A stretch of DNA of 64,000 nucleotides from an uncultured Gammaproteobacteria bacterium (GTDB lineage Bacteria; Cyanobacteriota; Vampirovibrionia; JBFMGH01): assembly GCA_964517135.1 (NCBI GenBank), contig CAZFBA010000002.1, forward strand, positions 89,267 to 153,266, written 5' to 3'. Shown piece after piece: positions 29,243 through 38,577 of this stretch. Under the pieces are notes generated by a model. It searched no databases. It worked only from the letters and a program-made list of their open reading frames with translations, and was not told where the DNA came from. Positions within the stretch are counted from its first letter, which is position 1; each line of letters begins with the position of its first letter. Made by a program: the position numbers and the translations under genes.

Positions 29243-31294
29243 TTGCTGCAAACCTACGTTCCTCTTTATAGAAAGTATCGTCCTCAAAGCTTTAAAGACC
29301 TGGTAGGCCAGGAAGCTATATCCAGAACTCTCTCTAATGCAATAAATCATAATAGAGTGGCTCATGCATACCTTTTTACAGGGCCACGTGGTACTGGCAA
29401 AACTTCTACAGCAAGGATATTAGCTAAATCTCTTAACTGTGAGAATGGACCGACAACAGAACCATGCGGCATATGCTCTAGCTGTCGTGATATTACAACA
29501 GGAAACGCTCTTGATGTTATTGAAATTGATGCTGCTAGCAATAATAAGGTAGAAGATGCCAGAGATCTTATTGATAGAGTGCAGTTTGCACCGGTGGCTG
29601 GCCGTTATAAGGTTTACATTATTGACGAAGTTCATATGCTAACTTCACAGGCTTTTAATACATTGCTCAAAACACTTGAGGAACCACCGCCAAATCTGGT
29701 CTTTATCCTTGCTACTACCGAAGCTCATAAGGTTTTAGATACGATTATTTCTCGCTGCCAGCGTTTTGATTTTAGAAGAATCTCTCAAGATGCCATGGTA
29801 AAAAGGCTTGAGGAGATTGCCATAAAAGAAATGATTGATATTAATCAGGAAGCCCTTAACCTTATAGCAAGACGTTCTGCTGGTGGACTTAGAGATGCTC
29901 TGGGCCTTCTTGATCAAATAAGTGTTCTCTCTAACGCAGGGCAAACTATAGATGCTAAAGATGTTTTAAACCTTATAGGTGCATTACCAGAAGATATGCT
30001 GGTTTCTTTGTCTGATGCTATAGCTCAAAAAAATGGTTCTCAGGTACTACAAATTATCAATGACCTTATGTCAATGGGTAATGAACCTCTTCAGATTATA
30101 AAAGAGCTTACAATACACTTCCGGAATCTTTTGATTGCCTCAACGGTTGATAAAAACCTGAAAGATGTTATCTATGCTTCTGAAGAGTTTTTTGATGACC
30201 TGAAAAGAATTGCTAAAGAGTTTAAAACTGTAGAGATAGCACAGATTATAGATAAACTCTCATACTCTGAAAGAATGGTAAGAAACTCAACACAGCCTAT
30301 TCTGTGGCTTGAAGTAGGTTTGGTATCTATTTGTTACAGGCATGAAATATTTGCAGTAGAAGAACTGCAAAAACGTGTGGATGATCTGGAGTGTATTGTT
30401 GCCACAGGTAAAGTGCCTCCTGAGATGACATTTGCCTGTCAAAAAGACACTGTAAGCAAAACAACTGTAATGCCTGCTAGAAAAGCACAGCCGCAAGAGA
30501 AAACACTGCCTGTACCAGATAAGAGTCTTGAAACTGCCACTTCCCCTTCAAAATCCAGGACTGAGACACTAAAGCCTTCTATGAATCTTTCTGAGCCTGA
30601 AGTAAAGCAGGAAAATACATTACCGGTTACTGAAAGTATCACCGAAAAGAATGAAAACGAGACAGAACTTTTAAGTAAACCTATAGAAAAAGAAAAAGCT
30701 GTAAAAACTGACCTAAAACCTCTGTCAGACAATGAAGAGACTAAATCTTATCCTGTTGATGCCACATGGCAGGCTATTGTAAATGCTATTGATAGTCCAT
30801 CTACAAAAGGAATCCTTACTAGTCTTGCTATTCCAATGGCTGTAACCTCTGAGGAGATAGTTCTGGGCTTCTCTCAAGAATGGATTATATCTGATATGAA
30901 TAAATCTAATAGAAAAGCTATTCTGGAAAGTGCTGTAAAACAGGCTATTGGGGCAACTCCACGTCTCGTTTATAAACTTATATCAGATAAAGAGTATAAA
31001 TCCTCACAAAAAGTTGCTGCTAAAGATATTTCTAGCAGTGAAAATACTTCAACGTCAACTTTAAAAACCAGCCAGAAAAATAATTTGTCTGCTTCTGTTG
31101 CAGTAAAAGAACCAGAGCAAAAGATAAATCAAGAAACTGTCTCTGAAAAAGAAGAAAAAATAACACCAGAGCTATCTGCTACGTCTTCAATGGATATGCA
31201 ACAGGCAATTCATAAACAGGTCACACAGGAATATTCCGAGCAGGCAAGACTGGTGATAGATATTTTTCAGGGGAAAATTCTTAATAATGATTGA
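29243..31294 (+). CDS. dnaX: DNA polymerase III subunit gamma/tau
   Basis: LYRKYRPQSFKDLVGQE, the Walker A motif GPRGTGKTS, a Zn-finger region CxxCxxC, and SRC. The TTG at 29243 has a gaggt RBS; the track's start at 29222 is an upstream TTG. The C-terminal half is long and low-complexity. Confidence 0.9.
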   Translation: MLQTYVPLYRKYRPQSFKDLVGQEAISRTLSNAINHNRVAHAYLFTGPRGTGKTSTARILAKSLNCENGPTTEPCGICSSCRDITTGNALDVIEIDAASNNKVEDARDLIDRVQFAPVAGRYKVYIIDEVHMLTSQAFNTLLKTLEEPPPNLVFILATTEAHKVLDTIISRCQRFDFRRISQDAMVKRLEEIAIKEMIDINQEALNLIARRSAGGLRDALGLLDQISVLSNAGQTIDAKDVLNLIGALPEDMLVSLSDAIAQKNGSQVLQIINDLMSMGNEPLQIIKELTIHFRNLLIASTVDKNLKDVIYASEEFFDDLKRIAKEFKTVEIAQIIDKLSYSERMVRNSTQPILWLEVGLVSICYRHEIFAVEELQKRVDDLECIVATGKVPPEMTFACQKDTVSKTTVMPARKAQPQEKTLPVPDKSLETATSPSKSRTETLKPSMNLSEPEVKQENTLPVTESITEKNENETELLSKPIEKEKAVKTDLKPLSDNEETKSYPVDATWQAIVNAIDSPSTKGILTSLAIPMAVTSEEIVLGFSQEWIISDMNKSNRKAILESAVKQAIGATPRLVYKLISDKEYKSSQKVAAKDISSSENTSTSTLKTSQKNNLSASVAVKEPEQKINQETVSEKEEKITPELSATSSMDMQQAIHKQVTQEYSEQARLVIDIFQGKILNND

Positions 31295-31994
31295 TAACCG
31301 TAAAGTATATGCCTTAATACCTGCCAGGGGCGGTTCAAAAGGTATACCTTATAAATCTATTGCACTGCTTAATAACAGACCACTTTTATCTTATGCTATT
31401 CATAATGCGCTGAAATCCTCTTATATAGATAGAATTATTGTATCAACTGATGATGAAAAGATTGCAGCAGTTGCGAAACAGTATGATGCAGAAGTTCCAT
31501 TTATGCGCCCTGCCTGTCTAGCTCAGGATGATTCATCAGCTTATGATTATATAATTCATGCATTAGAGTTTTTTAGAGATGAAGAGCTCTATTTGCCTGA
31601 TGTTATTGTTATATTACAGCCTACCTCACCTTTTTTATTGCCTGAAGATATTGATAATGCCTTAAAACTTTTTGTAGACAGGTCAGCTAATGCTTTAACT
31701 AGCCTGTATAAGCCTGATATCTCACCATACTGGTTTAAAAAAGTTAATGAAAACAACATTGTAAAAGATTTGATGCCGCAGCCGGCTTCTTACATCAGAA
31801 GACAGGATAATGAAGGTATTTTTCTCCTGAATGGTGCAATATATATTTATAACGTGAGTGCATTTTTAGAAAACTGTAGTAAAATAAATAATGAGAGGCT
31901 GGCTTATATTATGCCTTCCTCACGATCAATAGATATTGATACAGAAGAAGACCTGCAATTTGCAGAATTTCTGTTAAAGAAGGGTACAAATTGA
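31287..31994 (+). CDS. CMP-nonulosonic-acid synthetase (acylneuraminate / pseudaminate cytidylyltransferase, NeuA-like)
   Basis: The LIPARGGSKGIPxKxI ... IIVSTDD cytidylyltransferase motifs. Its start overlaps the dnaX stop (ATGATTGA). Confidence 0.8.
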   Translation: MIDNRKVYALIPARGGSKGIPYKSIALLNNRPLLSYAIHNALKSSYIDRIIVSTDDEKIAAVAKQYDAEVPFMRPACLAQDDSSAYDYIIHALEFFRDEELYLPDVIVILQPTSPFLLPEDIDNALKLFVDRSANALTSLYKPDISPYWFKKVNENNIVKDLMPQPASYIRRQDNEGIFLLNGAIYIYNVSAFLENCSKINNERLAYIMPSSRSIDIDTEEDLQFAEFLLKKGTN

Positions 31995-33040
31995 TTAAAA
32001 TAGGTAATAAACGAATAGGCCCCGGTAATCCGGTGTTTATAATAGCCGAGGCAGGCGTTAATCACAATGGAGATGTGGGTCTTGCCCGTAGGCTTATTGA
32101 TGCAGCCTACAATGCTGGTGCTGATGCTGTTAAGTTTCAAACCTTCAAGGCTAATAAGTTGATTAGTTCCAGAGCACCAAGCGGAGATTATAAATCTACA
32201 GGTGTGGATATTGCTCTTATAGAAAAGCTTGAGCTGTCATTGCAACATTATATTGAGCTTATTGCTTATTGTGATGATCTGGGTATTGAGTTTCTGGCTA
32301 CTCCTTTTGACTTTGGTAGTGTTAATTTGCTTGAAAAACTTCAGGCTAGGGCTTATAAAGTTTCTTCCAGTGACCTGAATAATATTCCCCTTCTCAGGCA
32401 TATTGCTTCAAAGAATTCTCCAATACTTCTTTCAACGGGTATGGGTTATTTAAGTGACATTGAAGAGGCTCTTATGGCGATCAGTGATACGATGAATACC
32501 CAGCTAATGGACCTTCCGCTTGTTTTAATGCACTGTGTTTCACGTTATCCTGCGCCGATGGAGCAGTTGAATCTCAATGCAATAAGAACACTCTATAATA
32601 CTTTTAAGCTCCCTGTAGGGTATTCAGACCATTCAATGGGGGTAGAAGCTGCCATGGCAGCTGTTGTTATGGGTGCATGTGTTATAGAAAAGCATTATAC
32701 ACTGAATAGAAACTTTCCCGGGCCTGATCATAAGTCTTCTATTGAGCCTGATGAGCTTGTGTTTCTTGTTGAATCTATAAGGAATATTGAATCTTCACTG
32801 GGTGATGGTATAAAAAGACCTGCTAAATGTGAGCTTAATACAATTGTGCTTAATAGAAAAAGTCTTGTAGCTGCTCAGGATATTAAAGCCGGACAGATTA
32901 TTACTGGAGAGATGCTTGAAATAAAACGTCCCGGATCAGGTATTGAGCCTAAATATTATGGGCTAATAATTGGAAAGACTCCGATAGTTGATATACCTGA
33001 AGATGAGATTATTACGTGGGATATGTTTCTTAAACATTAA
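31991..33040 (+). CDS. Nonulosonic-acid (sialic / pseudaminic / legionaminic acid) synthase, NeuB-like, with a C-terminal SAF domain
   Basis: The N-terminal IGNKRIGPGNPVFIIAEAGVNHNGD and the TIM-barrel NeuB pattern. TTG start that overlaps the end of the neuA-like gene. Confidence 0.8.
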   Translation: MIKIGNKRIGPGNPVFIIAEAGVNHNGDVGLARRLIDAAYNAGADAVKFQTFKANKLISSRAPSGDYKSTGVDIALIEKLELSLQHYIELIAYCDDLGIEFLATPFDFGSVNLLEKLQARAYKVSSSDLNNIPLLRHIASKNSPILLSTGMGYLSDIEEALMAISDTMNTQLMDLPLVLMHCVSRYPAPMEQLNLNAIRTLYNTFKLPVGYSDHSMGVEAAMAAVVMGACVIEKHYTLNRNFPGPDHKSSIEPDELVFLVESIRNIESSLGDGIKRPAKCELNTIVLNRKSLVAAQDIKAGQIITGEMLEIKRPGSGIEPKYYGLIIGKTPIVDIPEDEIITWDMFLKH

Positions 33041-33948
33041 CTCTTTAAAAGATTTTGTAGTGCTTGATCTAATGCAGGATACCTGAATTTATAATTTTCA
33101 GTGGTAAGCTTTTCCGGTATTACCCTTTGACCTTTAAGAATGACATCTCCAAGTTCGCCAAGTACTGGTTTAATAACAAATCCGGGAATAGCCGGTAATA
33201 TTACGGGTCTATTAAGTGCTTTTCCCAGTGCTTTTGAGAACTCTCTGTTCCTTACAGGTTCAGGTGCTGTGCAGTTTATGGACCCTGTTATATGTCTGTT
33301 TTCTATTAAAAAGCAGATAATTTCGCAGAGGTCTTCTATGTGAATCCAGCTGAACCACTGTCTGCCGCTGCCCAGTGCACTGCCTGCACCCAGTTTAAAG
33401 GCCGGTAACATGGTTTTTAATGCGCCACCGTCTTTTCCCAGCACTATGCCAAACCGGCATATTGTTACCTTTTTCCCTGTTTTTTCTGCTTGCAGGGCTT
33501 CAGATTCCCAGTCTTTACATACACTGGCAAGAAAGTCATTACCTGATGGGGCCTGTTCATTTAATATCAGGTCATTATCATGTGTTCCATAAAACCCTAT
33601 TGCAGAGGCGTTAATTAGATGTATATCCCTGTTTGTTTCCTGAAGAGTGTTGACAATATTTTTAGTCATGTTGATACGGCTATTTCGTATTTGCTGTCGG
33701 GCTTTTTTAGTCCATATTTGAAAAATAGAAGCTCCAGCGAGGTTAATTACTGCGTCATGGTTGATAAGTTCAGCCTGCCAGCTGTAAGGCTTGCCAGGGG
33801 AGCTTTGTATGTAATTGATATTGCTTGTCTGGCTACCAATACTTATGTATTGCCTTGTCAATATACTTATTTGATGGCCTTTATGGCTGAGCACTTTAAC
33901 CAGATTTGAACCAATAAACCCGGTACCACCGGTTATAAATATCTTCAT
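33037..33948 (-). CDS. NAD-dependent epimerase/dehydratase-family protein of the TIGR01777 (YfcH-like) type
   Basis: MKIFITGGTGFIGSNL Rossmann motif. Its length and C-terminal DUF1731-like region fit this family. Confidence 0.7.
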   Translation of the reverse strand: MKIFITGGTGFIGSNLVKVLSHKGHQISILTRQYISIGSQTSNINYIQSSPGKPYSWQAELINHDAVINLAGASIFQIWTKKARQQIRNSRINMTKNIVNTLQETNRDIHLINASAIGFYGTHDNDLILNEQAPSGNDFLASVCKDWESEALQAEKTGKKVTICRFGIVLGKDGGALKTMLPAFKLGAGSALGSGRQWFSWIHIEDLCEIICFLIENRHITGSINCTAPEPVRNREFSKALGKALNRPVILPAIPGFVIKPVLGELGDVILKGQRVIPEKLTTENYKFRYPALDQALQNLLKS

Positions 33949-34000
33949 AGTTGAAATACTACTTATATTCTTGTAAATTGATTACTTTGATAATAAAAAC

Positions 34001-34074
34001 TGCGCCCGGCGGGATTTGAACCCACGACCTACGGCTTCGGAGACCGTCGCTCTATCCAACTGAGCTACAGGCGC
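34001..34074 (-). tRNA. tRNA-Arg (anticodon CCG)
   Basis: Manual cloverleaf on the reverse strand: acceptor GCGCCTG / CGGGCGC, D-arm AGCTCAGTTGGATAGAGC, anticodon loop CTCCGAA, and the GGTTCAAATCC T-loop. Confidence 0.8.
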
Positions 34075-34214
34075 ATTCTTTAATATAAATCACTTTTAAA
34101 TTAACAGATTCTATCTTATAAAGCAATTCTTTGTGATTGATTGTTTGCGGGCATGTTAACTCTTTTGTACAGTTAAATTTGTCCGAACGCATTAAAAATA
34201 ATGCATCACGTCGC

Positions 34215-34250
34215 TAAAAAACAGGTTTACCCTTTGTTGAGAACCTGTTT
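34215..34250 (-). terminator. Rho-independent terminator downstream of tRNA-Arg(TCT)
   Basis: Inverted repeat AAACAGGTT...AACCTGTTT followed, on the minus strand, by TTTTT. Confidence 0.45.
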
Positions 34251-34283
34251 CAGAATTTTGATTGTGAATACTCTTTAAAGAAG

Positions 34284-34357
34284 CACCCTGGGTTGGACTC
34301 GAACCAACGACCTAACGCTTAGAAGGCGCTTGCTCTATCCACCTGAGCTACCAGGGC
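34284..34357 (-). tRNA. tRNA-Arg (anticodon TCT)
   Basis: Manual cloverleaf: acceptor GCCCTGG / CCAGGGT, D-arm GCTCAGGTGGATAGAGC, anticodon loop CTTCTAA, and the GGTTCGAGTCC T-loop. Confidence 0.75.
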
Positions 34358-34546
34358 CTAGAATTTATTTTTGCACATAAATTTTTAAATGGAAATATTC
34401 CAGGGGAAATTTTTATAACATTTGTTAACTATCCATGATTTATATTATCTCTGAGGCAATTATCGTTTGAGTTTATACCTATTGCAAAGCGTTAACATCC
34501 TTTTGTGAATGTTTAAATATTGCATTGAGATTATAAAATGTTTTTA

Positions 34547-36103
34547 TTAGCTAAACTGCATCATTTGAGTACCAAACATCTGTAGCATATTTGGTGTTTG
34601 GCCTGCAAAAGTGTTGAGTTGTTGCTGTGTTGCCATAACTTTTTGATAGGTTTCTGTATCACTGAGGTTATTTTGTCCTCTGGGGTTTGCACCTGTATTC
34701 ATTGATCCTGTTGTTGAGTTGTTGAGCTTACCTATCTGGTTAAAAGCATTTATATTAGAGGGGTTTGTTTTGTTAACTGCAATGTTAGAAAGAGTATTAA
34801 CAGCCTCTTTGGAAGTTGAACCTCCTTCTGATGCAATGTTGCCGAGTAAACTAACGGCGTTATTTCTTACTTTACCGTTAGTACCAGGATCCTGGGCTAC
34901 TGATCTGATAGTTTCCATACCTTCTTGAGCACTGGCACTGCCGGATTTGGCTATTTCTCCAAGCTCTGAAAGGGCTAACTGTGCTCTTGATGGGTTATTA
35001 TCTTTAGAGAGTTTCTGGAGTCCACTTAGTGCATGTCCATTACCATTAAGGGCAGCTTCTTTGAGCATTTGTGCAGCTCTGGTTGCAATTTCTACAGGTT
35101 CTGAGTGGACTGCCTGGGTGAGTCCTTTGGCGGCTTCTTTACTTCCTGCCCCTGTTGGAGATTCTTTTGCAATTTCTCCCAGTATATTGACTCCTCCCAT
35201 GCGGTCTTCTTTAGAAAGATTACCTCTTTTCATCAGTGTATTAATAGCTGATGCTGTTTGTGCAGGGTCTTTATCCTTGGCTTCGCTGGCAACTTTAGTA
35301 AAATTAATGGCACCTTTCTTTAACAGGCCTTCAAAGGCTTCCTGTGCTCTGGGGTTTCTATCTGTCAAATGTAGCAATTTGGTTGCAGCTTCACCTGATC
35401 GTTCTGTTGGAGTGCTGGCTATCATTTCCAGAACTTGAGGTCTACCTTCTGCTCCGGCAATTACCTGATCTATACCTTTTCCTGCGTTCTCTTGCAGCTT
35501 TTCAAAGGGGTTTTTGCTGTAGTCATTTAACTTGATAAATGCTTTTTTATTGCCCATTAAAGCCTGTTCAACAAGAGCATCAACGGCTTTTTGAGGATCC
35601 AGGAGGGCTTCTGGCTCAACTGTTTTCATCAGGTCTCCGATATCCGGTCTGTCCTTGAGGTCCTGTGGAAGTTGTTTAAAGAGTGGATCCTGTTTGACTT
35701 CTTCTGGTATCTGCTTTAGATAGGTTTGGTCAGGTTTTTTGTTAGATAAGCGTTTTTCATGCTCCTGTATTTCTGCTTGTGCCTGACTTATTTGAGGCAG
35801 TATATCAGGTTTTTGTGGGTTATTGTTTTGTGGTTGCAGTGATTGGAAAGCGGTTTGTTTTTGATCTTTTGATAAAGATTCGTTAGCATAAAGGTTATAG
35901 GCAGCAAGGTTATTTAAATTGTTTATGATCTTTGACGGATCTTGTGTTTGTTGTTGCTGCTGTTGTTGTGTTTGATTTTCCTTTTCATTGTCTGCTTCCC
36001 GGGGAGCCAATTGTTGTTGAAGTTTTTCAACACGACATTGAGCAGCTTTGAGTTGCTGCGTTATTAACATTTGTTGATTTTGAGAGTTTAGGTGTACTGT
36101 CAA
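34547..36103 (-). CDS. Gln-rich low-complexity protein (518 aa) with a C-terminal array of ~30-aa Ala/Leu-rich repeats (HEAT / PBS-lyase-like); unknown function
   Basis: N-terminal polyQ region (QQQQQQQTQ, encoded by CAA/CAG runs at 35940-35975) and repeated xxAxxALxxIAxxG units in the C-terminal half. No signal peptide. The start is uncertain: the track's start is a TTG, and the first ATG is 11 codons downstream. Confidence 0.5.
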   Translation of the reverse strand: MTVHLNSQNQQMLITQQLKAAQCRVEKLQQQLAPREADNEKENQTQQQQQQQTQDPSKIINNLNNLAAYNLYANESLSKDQKQTAFQSLQPQNNNPQKPDILPQISQAQAEIQEHEKRLSNKKPDQTYLKQIPEEVKQDPLFKQLPQDLKDRPDIGDLMKTVEPEALLDPQKAVDALVEQALMGNKKAFIKLNDYSKNPFEKLQENAGKGIDQVIAGAEGRPQVLEMIASTPTERSGEAATKLLHLTDRNPRAQEAFEGLLKKGAINFTKVASEAKDKDPAQTASAINTLMKRGNLSKEDRMGGVNILGEIAKESPTGAGSKEAAKGLTQAVHSEPVEIATRAAQMLKEAALNGNGHALSGLQKLSKDNNPSRAQLALSELGEIAKSGSASAQEGMETIRSVAQDPGTNGKVRNNAVSLLGNIASEGGSTSKEAVNTLSNIAVNKTNPSNINAFNQIGKLNNSTTGSMNTGANPRGQNNLSDTETYQKVMATQQQLNTFAGQTPNMLQMFGTQMMQFS

Positions 36104-36516
36104 ACTACCAACTCCAACAATTGTGGCAATTGTTTGTTGCCCTGAACCAGTTTTATCTTATGTGTCAGATATGCTCCAGTTTTCAGAGTCTTTGATAGTG
36201 GTTGTTTTAGTGTTTAGGCCGGTATACCCGGTAAAAGCATGCTAAAATGCTCTATTTTTATAAAAACACATGGTGCTGTCAAATTACCTGAAATTTTTTG
36301 TTTTGCAAATAAAATTTACAAATGTTAACTTTTTGTCTGTTGTGAGGCTTATTTTTTATGGAATCCCTATTGGGGTAATGTTTTTGCTCTGTCAGGTGCT
36401 TGAAGCTCTGTTATGAAATGATTTTGCTTAAATCTGAATTGGTGTGTGTTTGTAAACTCCTAGTTTTATAACATTTATCCTGTATAATAGATTATTAAGT
36501 AGGTTGTTTTGAAAAT

Positions 36517-37905
36517 TTGAGGAACAAAGAGGTGAATTACAAGGTTCTGAGTGCGATTTTATCTGTAGTAATGGTTATGTTGCTTTTGCCGCAAGCTGTT
36601 ATGGCACAGGGATCTGTGAATTCGTTAAACAGTGTTAAGGTACAATCAGCTGGTGATAATGCTGTTGTTGTTGATGTGTATGTGAATTCTAGTGATGCAG
36701 TGGCAAAGCCTCAGATAAGTTCCAGAAAATATTCTAAAGATAAGTTTATTATAGATCTAATCAATGTTCAGGATCAGGGTGGGGCAACTAAAGATACTTC
36801 AGGATCAGCAGGGCTCGTTAATAGTTCAAGTTTAAAGATTGGTAACCTTCCTGGAGGCTCATCTTCAAGGGTTTTAATTGATCTTGATAATCCTGATATT
36901 AATGTAAAAGAGGTCAGGTATCATGTTGTTAGTCAGAGCAGCTTACCTACTACAACCGTAGCAAGTAAGCCTGAAGAGAAAGCTTCTCAGGTACAGCCTT
37001 CAAAGCCAGAGCCTGTTGTTAAACCCGAGCCAAAACCGTCAGTAAAGCCTGAGCCAAAACCACAATCACAACCTAAGGCTGAACTAAAGCCAGAGACAAA
37101 GCCTGAACCAGAGAATCAATCTCAATCTCAACCTCAAGCAAAAGCGGAATTATCTGTAGTAAAATCTTCACCTGAAAAGAAATCCGGACCGGTAGTAGTT
37201 CATAAGACTGATAAGCCAGCTGTTACACCTGAAAAAACTTCGGCTCCTCCTGTAAAGCCTGAATCTAAGGATAAATCAGAGGCAAAACTTACAATAGATA
37301 AAAAGACCATAGTGCAGGCAAAGCCAGAAGAAAAGCCTGCTGAACTATCGTCAAAACCTTCTGAACCATCTGCCCCTGAAAATATTGAGCAGGTACCGAT
37401 TAATCTCGGGGATGATCCACCAGCAGGAAGAAATATCAGGTCTATAGATGTGAAAGATGATGAATTAGATTATGGTCAGATGATTACAACATTTGGCTGG
37501 GCTCTTTTGATTGTTATACCTTTGATTCTGGTAGTTATCTGGGTTATGAGTATGGTATATAAAGGTGGAGAGCCTATGGGGCTTAAATCACTTGCCGCAG
37601 GCGGTGGTAACAGGTTTAAGATCATATCTTCTACTTCACTCGGCCAGGGTAAAAGTGTTCATCTTGTTGAAATAAAGGGCAGGCAGCTTGTTATAGGATG
37701 CACAAATAATAGTATTAATATACTGACAGAGTTTGACGAGTTTGATGAATTTGTTGAAGATAATAAGTCTGTTGATACCCATACTGCTCAGTCTTCAAGG
37801 CACGATAAATACAGAAGATCAAGACCTCCTACAGGTAGTTTTTCTGATTTATACAAAGATTATAAGAAACGAATAGATGAAAACGACCTCGAAGACGAGT
37901 ATTAG
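36517..37905 (+). CDS. fliO: Flagellar-biosynthesis FliO-domain protein with a long N-terminal extracytoplasmic extension (signal peptide + AMIN-like domain + Pro/Lys/Glu-rich linker)
   Basis: The TM helix plus FKIISSTSLGQGKSVHLVEIKGRQLVIGCTNNSINIL matches the FliO core. E. coli FliO, recalled from memory, reads LKISASASLGARERVVVVDVEDARLVLGVTAGQINLL. The N-terminus has a cleavable-looking signal peptide and a beta-rich AMIN-like segment. Confidence 0.6.
   Translation: MRNKEVNYKVLSAILSVVMVMLLLPQAVMAQGSVNSLNSVKVQSAGDNAVVVDVYVNSSDAVAKPQISSRKYSKDKFIIDLINVQDQGGATKDTSGSAGLVNSSSLKIGNLPGGSSSRVLIDLDNPDINVKEVRYHVVSQSSLPTTTVASKPEEKASQVQPSKPEPVVKPEPKPSVKPEPKPQSQPKAELKPETKPEPENQSQSQPQAKAELSVVKSSPEKKSGPVVVHKTDKPAVTPEKTSAPPVKPESKDKSEAKLTIDKKTIVQAKPEEKPAELSSKPSEPSAPENIEQVPINLGDDPPAGRNIRSIDVKDDELDYGQMITTFGWALLIVIPLILVVIWVMSMVYKGGEPMGLKSLAAGGGNRFKIISSTSLGQGKSVHLVEIKGRQLVIGCTNNSINILTEFDEFDEFVEDNKSVDTHTAQSSRHDKYRRSRPPTGSFSDLYKDYKKRIDENDLEDEY
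37006..37150. repeat. In-frame PEPKP-type short tandem repeats (AAGCCTGAGCCAAAACC units) forming the linker of the FliO-like protein
   Basis: The repeats are visible in both the nucleotide and protein sequence. Confidence 0.6.
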
Positions 37906-37908
37906 TCT

Positions 37909-38577
37909 CTATTTTGAACATTTAATATAGAATGAGCAGAAATCGACGCCGCTGCTTTTGTTTGTTTCTATTTTGCAGTCGAGTTCAGCAGATTCAAGTA
38001 TTTTGTGGAGAATTTTAAGTGCAAATTTGCTTAAAAGGTTATATTTAAGGATAGAGTTATAGAAATCGCAGTTATACTCTCTGATAACGTAACTATAGTC
38101 ATCGATTTTTTCCCACTCTGCCATAGAACCCCAGGCCCTGACCAGTGAAGTCATTGTATCTACTTTTTCATCAAGGGTTTTATCTTCTAATTCATATTTG
38201 CAGAGGGCATAAATACGTTCTGCAATGTTGTCAAAGATTAGATCTACTTTTTCAGGGCCGTCAATTCTTTCTATTTCGTTTAGTATCATACTGAGAAGAA
38301 AGTCATATCTTTTAGGAAACAGGTTATTGGCCAGCTCTGTTAAAGAATAAAGTATTTTAGGCCTGCCTGCTCCGTGTCTAATGGTTATAGATTTGATTAA
38401 TTGGTCTCTTTCAAGGGCTGCAAGATGCTGACGTATACTTGTAGGCGCCAGTGACAGGCTTTTACTTATATCATCAACCGTGGCACCACCCTGCTTTTTG
38501 ATGATACGCAAGATCTCATTTTTAGGAGGCTTTAGTACGCTCCGGTTGAATATGTCAACTTGTTCTCTTTCCTGCAT
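37909..38577 (-). CDS. Winged-helix (ArsR-type HTH) transcriptional regulator with a C-terminal domain of unknown function
   Basis: ILRIIKKQGGATVDDISKSLSLAPTSIRQHLAALERDQLI...GRPKILYSLT is an ArsR / HTH_20-like recognition helix and wing. Confidence 0.55.
   Translation of the reverse strand: MQEREQVDIFNRSVLKPPKNEILRIIKKQGGATVDDISKSLSLAPTSIRQHLAALERDQLIKSITIRHGAGRPKILYSLTELANNLFPKRYDFLLSMILNEIERIDGPEKVDLIFDNIAERIYALCKYELEDKTLDEKVDTMTSLVRAWGSMAEWEKIDDYSYVIREYNCDFYNSILKYNLLSKFALKILHKILESAELDCKIETNKSSGVDFCSFYIKCSK

Noticed and set aside
29096-29365. 89-aa minus-strand ORF overlapping the dnaX start
   Set aside because: It overlaps the well-supported dnaX N-terminus and its product is AT-rich, low-complexity peptide.
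34719-35535. Plus-strand ORFs of 69, 163 and 63 aa
   Set aside because: Antisense within the 518-aa Gln-rich gene. Ala/Ser-rich antisense frames with no RBS.
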